Below the pieces are notes generated by a model that worked only from the letters and a program-made list of their open reading frames with translations, had not been told where the DNA came from and searched no databases. 64,000 nucleotides of DNA from Octopus bimaculoides (taxonomy: Eukaryota), in the NCBI RefSeq assembly GCF_001194135.2, contig NC_068984.1:41118982-41182981 (forward strand), read 5' to 3'. Numbering within the stretch: position 1 is the stretch's first letter; every line of letters begins with the position of its first letter. The translations under genes and the position numbers were made by a program. Positions 25,001 to 37,657 of the stretch are shown here, piece by piece.

Positions 25001-26965
25001 TGACTTATTTGGCACGTTTCCTCCCTGGGTTTTTTTCTGCAGATGCCCACCAACAAAAGTTCAAGCTGAACATTAAACATCGATTTCATCAAATCTGGGA
25101 GGGTCTACAAAGGTCATGGGCGCTACTTAGGCTAAATAAAAATATTTGATAATACAAAATTCCTGTAATGAATATCAAAACTCACCCACTGATGTATTTA
25201 ATGAGCGCTGACTAGCTTTTCCACTAACAATAAGGTTGATGTGAAAGTACCCCTGGAGAGCGCTCTGCACACAAAATATATATACAATATGTAATGTGTG
25301 ATTCAGTAGGGCCACACACATATGTGAAACTCTACCGATTCAATGTGACAAACGTGTAGCTCATTTAAACGTACTAAAGTAGGGCATTTTTTTTTACTGT
25401 GACACCAATCTCACGAAAAGTATTTACTGTCATTACATTGGATTAGCAGATAAAGTAGAATCCAGGACATTGGCTTTTCTTTTTACGTATATTTAAATCT
25501 TTCAGTTTCGTCCTTGCATATTCGAAGTTCAATTTTGTCCTGTTGTCGATAACAAAGAATACCAGTGATATAATGATTGTACCCTAATGTAAGACATTTT
25601 AATTTACCTTGCCTTTGTCGAGAACTTTTCGAAGTCATCGACATGTAATTAAATTGTTTATGTCACAGTCACATAGACAACCCATCAACATATGAAGTCC
25701 GACGCTCTAGTGATAAGCGATACCACAAAGCACGAATTTGTAAAGTATTATTTTTCAAATTTGAGGGTTTATTTTTAAAAAGAAAAGATCTATTTATTAT
25801 ATACAACTATAAATCGTGTTTTAGTTCTTTTCTTTCTGTGGGAATGAACCGGAAGAAGAGGGTCATTTCCCCACGCACGACAGTTTCAAAGAGCCAAGAT
25901 ATGGTGATTTCTAGTTTAGATAGCAGCATCCTGTTAAAAAACAAAACCCCGTTTACTAAACAATAATAAACGTTGTGATCAGTTGTACAATTCTGCAGTA
26001 TAGAAACATTGTTCTGTGATTTTTTAAAACAGAAGTATTTAATTTCTGCGACCCTATGACTATTTCTGTCAACCCATACATGCTGCCAGTTTACTAAATT
26101 ACGTTACGCATGCATTGATTACGTAGCCAAAATAACAGCCGGGTTACATTTTTATTCTTAATTTTTTGGGGAGAAGGCTGGGTGCATGAAAGTAGGAATT
26201 ATTAATAAAACTATTTTAGTAAAATTTATTCACACTTATATCAAAGATTGACAAAAGAGGCGTCTATATTTTTGTTCACCATCTGGTCATGCTCATCTCA
26301 TACAGATTAAGCTTCCCAATTCAAAAGAATCTGCTACGTAGTAACCCCTTTTATGTACTCCAGCTGTTTCAGAATAATTCAATAAAACATTTCAAATCAG
26401 TTACATGCTGTGCGTTGATTATAAATAAACTTACACGCGGGTTTTATAAAATATCCGAGAGTTGCATTTAATACAAAACATTTAGAAAATAAATACACGA
26501 AGTTTTTAAACATAATACACACAAACTAGGACATAAATGGAAAAATCAACATTTCGCAAAATTCGTTGATAAAACAAAAATTAAATTGAATGTCTCATAG
26601 AAATAAAATAAATCTTTCGATATTTGAAATGGATGAAAAGTTTGAATTTCGAATATAAATATCAGAGATGTTTATATTTCAGAAACATTTAAAAACAAAA
26701 TCTATAAAAGAACTTAATTTATAAATGCAATTTTTTCTTCAACCACGAAATAATTAAACGACAAAATTTAGTAATTAAAATTACTTTTGTTTTTTTTCAC
26801 GAGGTGTGACTAACATCAAAAGTATTATCAACAAAAGAATTAAAAACAAAGAATAACTCTGAGATTCTGCGTTTTAACATATATGGAACACATATATCGA
26901 AGAATATTGCTATTTTAAAATTTCAAACACTTTTCATGGAAATATATTCTTCGGTCACACCTTAC

Positions 26966-27103
26966 CTTTTGCGAGTAGAAAGACAAGGGATGAAAATACA
27001 GCATGAACCGGTTTTTCATGCTTGCGGCAGTGACCTTGCAGGGACTTATACTAGCTCGTCTGCTTGACGGCGTACTGCCTGGTCGGCTGGATGGCCGTGA
27101 CAT
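26966..27103 (-). CDS. GDAP1: GDAP1 exon 1
   Basis: MSRPSS...FMLYFHPLSFYSQK then gtaag; LYFHPLSFYSQK matches GDAP1 LYHWTHSFSSQK. The five exons total 1026 bp = 341 aa + stop. Confidence 0.9.
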
Positions 27104-27789
27104 AATGCTATTAATGGTATTTATCAGAAACAGGAATAGCTGGTTTACCAAGAGTATTTCGACGGGTTTGCGCGATAGAACAAATGATCTAATTCAAATA
27201 TACCTATCTAGTGATGGGGAATTATCTATAACGGGAAGATGACATTCATTGATTGTCTTTAACTCGGTTCCATAGGTTACTTTTTCCTGATAGTTTCCCA
27301 AAATGGGAATTCGAAGAAAAGAAACGGAAAACGAACAAAGAATACCTTTTAGTAATCGGATGATTAAAACCCTGCCGAAAAAGATTATCAAGTATTTTGT
27401 ATATTTACATAATTCAATGAATGTGTTGCTTAAAACTTTTTTTTAAAAATCAGTGTAAATTATTATTTGTATAAACAATTCTAATAAAATACGACAAACT
27501 ATTAGTTCTGTAAGAAATTGAGAAACGGTAAGAATTCCGTTTCAGGTACTCGAAAGAGATATATATTTCGTGCCGCTAGGTAAAGGGTGGCAAAATTTTT
27601 TTCCTTTATTATTCATCATACATAGGTAGATAGATAGATAGATATGTGTATATACATACACATATACGTATTTATCCATTAGTTTTAACGAACGGGAGGA
27701 AAAATACTCAGTAACAAATGTAGTATATTTCTGCTGATCCAGGAATTTTTTGGAGTTTCCTCAAACTGGAAAAAAAGTAACTTTTTTCT

Positions 27790-27970
27790 TTCTTATTTAT
27801 CGACCATACTTCGAGGCCAGTAATTTTGATGGGTGGGACAAGTCGAATACATCGACCCAAGTACTTAACGGATGCTTTATTTTATCGACTTTATCTTATT
27901 AACCACGGCGAGATTTGAACTCGGAACGTAAAGAGCCCCCCCCAAAAAAAAAGAATTGCCGACATGAGAA
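27790..27970 (-). mobile_element. SINE copy upstream of GDAP1
   Basis: Reverse complement of the GAGTTCAAAT...GTCGATAAAATAA...GGGTCGATGTA family seen at 42472. Confidence 0.6.
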
Positions 27971-28959
27971 CTATTCTGACTGCTAGCCATGTATATACAC
28001 ACGTGCGCATCTTATTCGCCTCGCTGTATTCTGTAGTCTTCCCTCCTATTTTATTTCTTCTTTTTGTCATCGCATGAATTTTTAAATATAGAGCACACAC
28101 ACTGAAAAAATATTATATTTAGACGAATTAGATAGATAGATACATTTACCACGCTAGCTAGCTTAAATATACATACATACATACATACATCCACGACCGT
28201 ACACACACACGCACACGCATACACACAAAGTCTTACACTCTCAGCCTTTGTATAGGTGTAATAAACATATATCCTACTAAAAAGTATCTATGTATACATG
28301 CATACACAAGCAGACTTGTATGTATACATATTTAGAGAGAGGGGAAAGGGTGGGGGGAGAGTGAGATAGGGAGAGAAATCTTTTAAAACATACTTTGAAC
28401 ATATTTGCGGTCCTTTCAAACACATAAGCCAAACCGCACACTACACATCTTTTATCACGGGATACCTGGGCCTGATTTGGGTGTATACATCACACAACAG
28501 ATATTATTGACATATCCATTAATGTAGATTTAGATTAATTATTTTTCTTCAACGAAGATTAGTATATTTATGACTTAGTATCGTTTAACTTATGAATCAA
28601 CGTAATTTAAGAGGATTATATATATATATATANNNNNNNNNNNNNNNNNNNNNNNNNNNNNNNNNNNNNNNNNNNNNNNNNNNNNNNNNNNNNNNNNNNN
28701 NNNNNNNNNNNNNNNNNNNNNNNNNNNNNNNNNNNNNNNNNNNNNNNNNNNNNNNNNNNNNNNNNNNNNNNNNNNNNNNNNNNNNNNNNNNNNNNNNNNN
28801 NNNNNNNNNNNNNNNNNNNNNNNNNNNNNNNNNNNNNNNNNNNNNNNNNNNNNNNNNNNNNNNNNNNNNNNNNNNNNNNNNNNNNNNNNNNNNNNNNNNN
28901 NNNNNNNNNNNNNNNNNNNGAAGCTTGTCGTATATATGAGTATATATTTATGAGTGTGT

Positions 28960-29160
28960 GTCTTTATGTCTGTTTGTCCCCCCGCCACTGCTTGACAACC
29001 AGTTTTAGTGTGTCTACGACCCCGTAATCTAGCGTTTCGGCAAAAGACATCGATATAAAGTCCTGGGAGTGGATTTGTTCGACTAAAAAAATACTTTCAA
29101 GGTGGTGCCCCAGCATGGCCGCAGTCAAATGATTGAAACAAGTAAAAGATAAAAGGAACC
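28960..29160 (+). mobile_element. SINE 3' half
   Basis: CCACTGCTTGACAACC...GGTGCCCCAGCATGGCCGCAGT...GAAACAAGTAAAAGATAAAAG; related copy at 63520-63690. Confidence 0.55.
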
Positions 29161-29779
29161 AGGAAGATAGTTCATACAAGCAAGGTTACAGTGTTTTGGC
29201 CGAATAAGAGAAGAACCGAAATTGTATTGAAAGAAACGAGGAACATGTGACTTCGATGAAAAGACACAGCAAAGCTATTAATATCCTAAATGCTAATGAA
29301 AGTGTGTGTGCGTGCGTGTAAGTGGTGAGAGTGGTAGGGAAGGAAATAAGTTCTTAGCGAACCGAGTTTGCAATCCGGTTTCGATTTCCGGCAGTTAAGT
29401 GAATCCCCTCGTGACCTGTTAAGTGTATGACTGAAATAACGAGTCTGGAAGTCTTCTGTAGGTCGTATGTCTGACAAGTAGACGACCTTGATTTTTTTTA
29501 TACAAGCAATGTGGTTTTAAAAAGAGAGAAAGGGGTGAGATATTCTGTAAATATCACTTGTTGAATACATTTAATGTCCATACTGTGTTATATTTGCGTT
29601 TGCGTGTCCGTGCATAAGCCTGCAAACTAGGACGCTTGAGGAAGCCTCTGAGAGGCCGCTGCACCTGCCAGAAAGGGTAACCAGATCTCACCTTATTATC
29701 TTAATAGCTTACATTAGATAGTATCGATATACTATACTATATATACGTTGTGTCTGAAACCAAGATGCTTTTGACCATA

Positions 29780-29990
29780 GGTGTGTATGATCAAATCTGA
29801 CCTAGATAAACAACCAGTGTCACTATTTGAAATTTAATAAACCACGTTAACTTTTTTCCTCTGGGTGAAACACTTTTATAGTGAGAGGAGCTCTTATATG
29901 TTAAAAAGGTCAATCTTCAATGTAGATGGATGTCTTCTGAAGAAATCAGACTGATATCCGAAACAAGTGTCTTGTCGAAGAAATCATGAT
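29780..29990 (+). mobile_element. Probable Penelope 3' remnant with a degenerate hammerhead motif
   Basis: EELLYVKKVNL resembles the GIY-YIG C-terminal E.L.IK motif; it is followed by CTGAAGA...CGAAAC...GTC at 29937-29976. Confidence 0.45.
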
Positions 29991-30082
29991 CCACATGTTA
30001 AGAAGGCATGCTATGTGTTCTGAAACCGTGTCCATTTCGCTAGCGTAACTCAAAATTAATCAATCTTAACTTTCTGATTATA

Positions 30083-31285
30083 TTAGGTCATCCCATAAGT
30101 TCTGTCCGATTTTACCCTTTTTACAATTGAATGAAATTTAATAGTATTTTAGAATGTCTAATGGAATTAATAATTATTTTTCTGCCTATGTGTACATTTA
30201 AACTAATTAAATGTTATTTTACAGAATAATAGAATTAAAATTTCTTTGATTAAAACCCTTTCTAACATGGAAGTATCCAAAGAGCATTTGAGGCACATAA
30301 TGCTTTATGAGTACAAAAAAGGAAACTCTGCAGCCGAAGCGACTTGAAACATACACTCAGTTTATGAGAAAGAATGCTTGAATGAAAGAACTTGCAGAAG
30401 ATGGTTTGCAAAATTCAGAAGTGGAGATGAAGATCGAACAAGACGTCCAGGTGAGTTTGATGATAAGCTCCTTGAGGCATTACTTGAAGAAAATCCTGCA
30501 TTATCNNNNNNNNNNNNNNNNNNNNNNNNNNNNNNNNNNNNNNNNNNNNNNNNNNNNNNNNNNNNNNNNNNNNNNNNNNNNNNNNNNNNNNNNNNNNNNN
30601 NNNNNNNNNNNNNNNNNNNNNNNNNNNNNNNNNNNNNNNNNNNNNNNNNNNNNNNNNNNNNNNNNNNNNNNNNNNNNNNNNNNNNNNNNNGTAAAAAGGA
30701 AAAAGCTCAACCACAACCGAGAAGGGAACCTCATGGTAAAAAGGTTTTTTCTCTATCTGGTGGGATTGCAAAGGAGTAATTCACTTTGAATTGTTACCAC
30801 CTAATGCAACAATCAATGCTGAAGTCTACTGTCAGCAATTAGAGCGTTTGAACCAAGCTTTGAAGGAAAAAAGACCCGCTTTAGTGAATCAAAAAGAACT
30901 GATGCTTCATCAGGACAATGCGCGACCCCACAGTGCAATGATCACATCACAGAAGATCGAAGAGCTTAGTTGGGAAAAAATTCCTCATCCACCTTATTCT
31001 CCCGACTTTGTTCCTTCAGACTACCATTTGTTTCGTAGTTTGCAGAATCATTTGGAGGGCATAACTTTCGCAAGCCAGGAGGAGGTCGAAAATGACATTT
31101 CAGAGCTCTTTGCTTTGAAACCAGAAGAGTTTTACATTGATGGGATTAAAAAGCTTGTAAATAGATGGAAGAAAGTCATAGATAATCAGGGAAAGTACAT
31201 TGATGATTAAATTTCAATTAAATATAATATTTGATCACTTGTTTTCTTTATTCAAAATTCGGACAGAACTTATGGGATGACCTGT
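30083..31285 (+). mobile_element. Mariner (DD34D) transposon, near full length, inactive
   Basis: TIR TTAGGTCATCCCATAAGTTCTGTCCGA / TCGGACAGAACTTATGGGATGACCTGT with TA TSDs; ATG at 30267 with an early TGA; HQDNARPH and HPPYSPDFVPSDYHLF; N-gap at 30506-30690. Confidence 0.95.
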
Positions 31286-31439
31286 TAAATACGTCTGAGT
31301 GAGATTCGTTAAAATTATTTCTAATGAACTAATTCAGTTGAGGACAGACGAACGCAGAGAGTATGGGAGAATCTGCGTTCAGATACCAGTTTCAATTCTC
31401 TCCTTGATCTATCTGATCAGTTTTCAAGGTGTCACCTAC

Positions 31440-32120
31440 TTTCTGCTAGTACAAAATTTTGGATTGATGCCCTGCCAGTAGACTTCCCAACATTGGAAGT
31501 CTACTCAGTCTAGATAAGCTCAGCATCTCTATCGCACTCGGAGTGAGAGCTGACATCAGTAGGGGTCTGAGATGTCGCTGTTGTGGGCTCCATCAACTCT
31601 ACAAGTTTTCACGCTCTGTCTTGCCGCTTAAACGCTGGTCATTTCGCTCATCACACCGAGCTAAACTTAATCATTAAGCGAGCTCTGGTTCGAGTTAACA
31701 TCTCTTCAGTTCTGGAACCGGCGGGATTACTCAGAAGTGATAGGAAGAGACCAGATGGTCTTACCCTCTGTCCCTGGGTAAGAGGTAGATGTTTCATCTG
31801 GAACACTACAGTCTGTAATTCTTTTGCTCCCTCCCACACCCGGGATGCTGTGGTAAATGGGAGGGTCACTGAAAACTATGAAGTATCGGGACTTGTGAGT
31901 GAACTATTTCTTCCAACCTGTGGCGTTTGAGACGTTTGGAGTGACTGGGCCGCTAACGGCGAAGTTCTTGTCATCATTGGCAGCTCGTCTTACCGAGGTG
32001 TCAGGTGATGCTTGTGAGGGTGCTTGGTTTTTCCAAGATCTTAGCCTCGCCATCGCCCTTGCTAATGTCACGAGCATGCTGGCTTGCTTCAGTAAATTCT
32101 TGACGTGTGCGACCAACTGA
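31440..32120 (+). mobile_element. CRE-like non-LTR retrotransposon 3' fragment (zinc finger plus restriction-like endonuclease)
   Basis: RCRCCG...FHALSC...HHTELNLIIKRAL...LEPAGLLRSDRKRPDGLTLCPW.RG...W, then FQPVAFETFG...FFQDLSLAIALAN. This is the RPDG-type RLE signature of the CRE clade; frameshifted. Confidence 0.8.
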
Positions 32121-34099
32121 GGCACTCGCTGCTGCATTGTTCTTTTTCTTTCTTTCTTGTCAAGATGTCAGGATCAGTTCGTCAAAGATAGTAATATCTG
32201 GAGGGGAATCTGAAGATATAGAAAAAATATTTAGTTCCTTTTATTTCAGTAACGATTCCCCTGAAGAGAGTCTGTCCTATAAGTATAATTAACACATTAC
32301 AAATAGTAGATGATATATACGAGCCACAACTTCTGCTATTTTCATCATCCATTTCCAAGTTGTCGATTACAAACGGGTCAAACCGAGCCAATAATTGTCC
32401 TAAACGTCTTTGCTTGTTTTCAGGCTTTTAGTTAGTGCTTGAATCATACGCTCTGAGTAATACAAAGCTTTCTTTTCATGAGTCTCAAGATACTCTGTAG
32501 GTTGAAAAAAATTGGGAATGTGTATCATATACAATTGATACCGGGGATCTATGTCTTGCATATTACATGTGATACACAGGGCATGCAAATGGTTAAACGG
32601 TTTAGTTAGCACGGAACAGGCTTCCAAGCGGAAGATTTTCACTTCTCTCAACCTATCAATGCAACTGAAAATGCAAGAGAGCCACAAAAATTCACTGTTT
32701 CCCTTTAAGGTCTTGAATTTCTGTAAGAAAGCAATGTTTTAGATTTGTGACGGCTTAATGCTGAGGTTGATAAGTAATGCTGGTTTGAGAAAAGCTGCGT
32801 GTATAGATAAAGGAAGAACGAGGAAATCAGGATTAAGTGCGACGATTTATTCAACCCGTTAAAAAGTGTTAACACGGCAAAGCTATAAAAGATACATCTT
32901 GAAGGAACGGTCAGAATATATATACAGTGGTTTAACATGCAGATGGTACATAATGATGATGTATGCTAGATTGAACAGGAAAAACACATATGAGACATAA
33001 CTTCTGTTGGAGGACAGGAACAACGTACGCGTCGAAAGGATACCTGAGGTTGCCTGCAAAATAACTGCTCTCTGCTGAAGATCCGAACTCCAACGTATCG
33101 ACCCACCTCGCTGAGGAAAATAGCGGTAAGACTCCCCCTATATAGCTGGTGGCGGTGCACTTGACTGGGTTGTCACGTGATGGCGTGGACAGCCCACGTA
33201 AAGCTAGAGGGACTTGACCATCATGTGATGAGCCAAAATGTGGGTACTTAACGGTAAAGAATCAAACTATGAACATGCTTGCTACAGATAACGTTTAAAT
33301 ATATGTTCCTACATCTATGCATGTTTTGATTTTCGACTGACGAAAACTCACTTCACAGACACTGCAAATAATTTTGGACTTATACAAAAATGTTACGACA
33401 TGCTATTTACTCTCCCCTATACATAATGTACATCGTCTTTTTTCATCAAATACATCAACATTTAAAATCATCAATTAAGTATTGAACAAGGGGTAAAATA
33501 TCTTTTTACGGAGTCCACTCCGTAAATTTGTTTTAAATCTCGGCAAGAGCGAGGCAAGAACACCACAATTTCAAGTTTCTGCTTCCTAAAACTGAAGGAA
33601 ATTAGTTTTTAATCAGAAGAAATTACTCAGTAATATTATTCTGCTACAGTCTATGAGTTAAAACTTAAGTATATTGCACATACGATATTCATATCGCTAC
33701 CAGAAATGCCCATAGCCGTTAATTTTCCGCTAGTCTCCATTAGGAAAGATGTGCATGTGTGCGCGTACATAGTACGTTTGTTTGTGCGTGGGTGTATAAT
33801 GTATTTCCTTATTATGTAAGTGCGTATGTGTACATATATATACACACACGTGCTCACGTACATGTATAGCTAGAGAGAGAGAGATATATATAAATAGACA
33901 GATAGGTAGGTAGGTAGGCAGGCTAGTAAGCAGATTAGACAGATAGATCGATAGATAGATAGTATCATAAAATCTTTGACACAACTCAAGTTTTATGTTA
34001 GAGAAAAATGCCTGGTCCGAACTGTCCATCTCCTTTTCTAATCTTCAGGCTGTATTCAGTTATACTTCATTCAAGGTGGCGGTAACATTTGGTTTTGTG

Positions 34100-34720
34100 T
34101 GAAAAAAAATCGTTACTAAGTGAGTCTAGTTTTGTTTAGAAGGGAGATCATCTAAGCGGTATTTAAACTTAAGTTGCGTCCCTTGGATTGTCAACGATTA
34201 TTAAGTTTAAAGAATTACCGATTAGGAAAATGTTAAATATACGTATGTTGTGTTGTGTAGAAATTAAGTGCTTTAATTTATTGTTGGTGAGTGTGTTGTT
34301 GGTGATTGGGATGTCTAAGTAAATTAATAAGGACTCTAGTGGTATTGATTTATTTAGGTAAAGGAGTTGAAATATGCAGTGTATTGGTTCAGTGTTTATT
34401 GTAGAGTGTAAATTGTAGGATTTTAAAATTTTATTTTAGAGGCAAAGAAAGTATAGTTTGCTCATTGGCATGGTGATTGTGAATTGTGGTATAGGTGGTA
34501 TTTTCAAAGGGCTATGATAAACATATCTTTACGGAAATATCTATTGAATATCTGTGTTCTGAAATTTAGATAGCCATTGTAGATCTTCGACTTCTTTCTG
34601 CTATACAGAGTTTGCAGCTCTTCGATCCTTTCGTGTAAGGGTCTGATTTTTTGTGAACCCTCAGTTTGATGCCGTAACTCAGGTTTGTAAAATCATTATC
34701 TTAAATGCACCTTTTCACAC
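34100..34720 (-). mobile_element. Penelope GIY-YIG endonuclease remnant
   Basis: Minus strand KSDPYTKGSKSCKLCIAE resembles the Penelope PY...C.LCL.EK motif; heavily decayed, boundaries approximate. Confidence 0.55.
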
Positions 34721-35052
34721 ACACCAATAAACCATTTTTTTTTATCGTTTGGTTTGGTTTGGTTTGGTTTGGTGTGTTTGAGATGACTTTAGTTTTGCAT
34801 ATTACTGCTCGTTCTAATTGACAAAATTCTACATTTTTATACGTGCAATCATTTCAAAGAGACCCGTTAGGCAAATCATTTCAAAATGCTTAATATATAT
34901 ATANNNNNNNNNNNNNNNNNNNNNNNNNNNNNNNNNNNNNNNNNNNNNNNNNNNNNNNNNNNNNNNNNNNNNNNNNNNNNNNNNNNNNNNNNNNNNNNNN
35001 NNNNNNNNNNNNNATATATGTATATATATATATATATATACATACATACATA

Positions 35053-36190
35053 CAGGGTGCGATGGGTGAATTGTCGCCATTTTATATTTTTAATTTCGCG
35101 CATGTGCATTGTTTGTTTGTGATTTTGTCGACTACACAGTATAGTAGGGTCAGTTGGGCACCGTTTGTGAGAAAAACAACACCATGATGCAATTCACTCT
35201 GCCAGAAATTTGTAATCGACATGCTGTACTGCGTAGTATTCACACTGGAAGCTCCAATACGACCATTTCAGAGTGTTTGAATATCAATCTGAAGACAGCG
35301 CAGAGGATTCGAAAAGAGTTGGATGAGTCTAAAGGTGATTACGAAGGTACGGTAGCTCGGAAAACTCACTCTGATTGTTCTGATAAGAAAAGAACTCCTG
35401 AACTTGCTGGTGAAATTCAGGCCATGATTTACAACGATCCCTCCAGGTCAATTAGGTCCATCTCCAGGGAAATGGGAGTGTCTGAGTTTCTTGTCAGGTA
35501 GTTAGTGGACGAAGACATTCGGTATTCCTCATAAAAGATAAGAAAGGGCCAATTTTTATCTCAAGCCATCAAGTACAAGAGGAAAGACCGTGCTACGAAA
35601 CTTTTGAACAAATTCAAGCATCCCCTCCAACCTAACATGCTTTGGCTTTTCTCAGACGAGAAAAATTTCTGTCGGGATCAGCTGGTGAACACAAGACAAC
35701 CGTTGGCTCGCTGTATTCACGAAGCATGTAGAGAGAGTGATAAAAATCAAACATCCAGTCAACATCACCAGTTATGCCTCCATTCATCTTCCCACACGAT
35801 TTCAGACTCAACACAGAGACCTACGTTATGTGTCCGGAGGAGGTAGTACTGCTCTGGGTCAAGAGGGTGGCTGCTGGCAACAGGACTCTACACCATGCCA
35901 CACAAACAGGAAATCCCAGCCATAGCTATCAAACAATTTCTGCGACCACCCCACCCCTAACATCTAGCTACCTATCTCCCCAGACTGCAAACTCCTTGGT
36001 TATTATGTGTAGGGCGCAGCTGAGCGAAACACCAACAAAATTCCTTGTAACACCAAAGATGAACTGAAGGCAATGATTATAGCAGCATTCACCAACTTAA
36101 ACAAGGAAACCGTCCAGAAGAGCTGTGGGAGAGTCTGAAGTCGTCTGGACGCCCTGGTTGAAGCCAATGGCGATTTTATTGAATAAATTT
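35053..36190 (+). mobile_element. Tc1/mariner maT (DD37D-like) transposon lacking its right TIR
   Basis: TA-CAGGGTGCGATGGGTGAATTGTCGCC left end; HTH region (PSRSIRSISREMGVSEFLVR); FSDEKNF, QQDSTPCH and SPDC...YYV catalytic motifs; ends ...EANGDFIE*; several stops. Confidence 0.85.
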
Positions 36191-37324
36191 ACTGTGATTG
36201 TGTTTGTGTGTCCGTGTGTTTGTGCGTTTGTTTGACTGTTTTTAGGTTTTTGCAATTCTGAATTATCTCGTTTCTGTTCGTCTATACTTCTGTGCTTTTG
36301 CATGTCTGTGCGTTTGTGTGTCTGTGGGTCTGAATGACTCTGTACTTGTAAGTCCTTTACTGGTGATCCTACTGGTAAATCTTCCCGTTTCTCGTCGTAG
36401 GTTGGGTTACCTCTTCCATTACTTTGTACTTCTTCAATTCCACTATCGTTGGTGACTTCCTCCTCTCTCTTTTTCTTGCTTTCACCTCCGCAAAATTCGT
36501 CTTGTTCTGTTATCTGCTTCTGCTGTTTCTCTACTATTATATTCTCCTGAACACTCTACTCTACAATTTCCACTGCTACTCTAGGGCATTTCTTTCTCAA
36601 GTGCCCTCTTTCACCACATTCGTAACATTTTTGGGGATCTCCCCCCACCCCAACATTATATCCAGCTTTTCTTCATTTGGTAGCGCTAAAGTTTCAGGTA
36701 TTTCGTTGTAATATTTTGGGCTCATTGCACAAATTATCTCTAATCCGTAGCCCCATCACTTCTCTTGGGTTCGTCTTATCTCCGAATAAAAAATTGCGGC
36801 GGTTATCCACTCTGGATCTATCCACGGTGGGATTCTTCTCACCCTAATCCTAACAATTCTTTTGTCCAAACAGTTTGGCATCAAAGTCCATTTTTCTCCC
36901 TGTATCAGCCTGTTGGAGGTTTTTCCCACCTCCTCTTCTGATATAAAGGTTACCACTATAGGCGCATATATATTTCCTCTCGTAAAGAACGCTATGATGT
37001 CTCCTATATGTTCTTCCAAAATTTCTTCTATTTCTTCCTGCGGCGCGTATTCAATTCTATTTTTATTTTTCCATTTTCAGTTTTTCCTCCTCTGGCAGGG
37101 TCATCTTTATATTTGACCCTTCCTTCTCTACCATACTACTATATTTCTTTATCAGCTCTCCATTCCACTGTAACATCTGTCTCAGCACACGTGGGTCTAG
37201 GGGAACTCGACCTCCAGTAGCTTCTCGATAACTTCTCATTTTTCTCAGTTATTCACTACCACCCATCAAGAGTGGTTTCGCACAAAATTTCGGCTAGAGT
37301 TCTTCAAAAAAAAAAAAAAAAAAA
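36191..37324 (-). mobile_element. Retroelement ORF1/Gag-like remnant with CCHC zinc knuckle, no ORF2
   Basis: Minus strand CYECGERGHLRKKC (CX2CX4HX4C) at about 36587-36628, downstream of an RRM-like stretch (RIVRIRVRRIPPWIDPEWI). It abuts the maT 3' end. Confidence 0.65.
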
Positions 37325-37462
37325 GTTGTTCGGCTGGAGGTGACGCTGCTAAATTCTTGTTCGAAATATACAGTTTTCAAAGTGACACACAGTTACTGAT
37401 CGACTAAAATAGAAAATTTCTGTTGTAAATCTTTCAACGGGAGAATTCAGTAACAGTATTCT

Positions 37463-37657
37463 AGAGTAAAGATTATTTGCCAACATGACGCGATACACAG
37501 ATATTGTTTTGTGCTGAGTGGGGATGTTAAACTCCCTTATTCGAAAATATAAGGACACAGACAGTGTGTCCTATAGCCAGCTGGAGACGATGTTTCCTGT
37601 GGCTAAATAATAGTAATATTCGACTGCCACATTATGCTGGCAAATAATCTTTACTCT
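37463..37657. mobile_element. 195-bp foldback/MITE-like element
   Basis: 24-bp terminal inverted repeats (AGAGTAAAGATTATTTGCCA(A/G)CAT, 23/24 match) and an internal hairpin GGACACA-gacag-TGTGTCC; no TSD identified. Confidence 0.6.
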
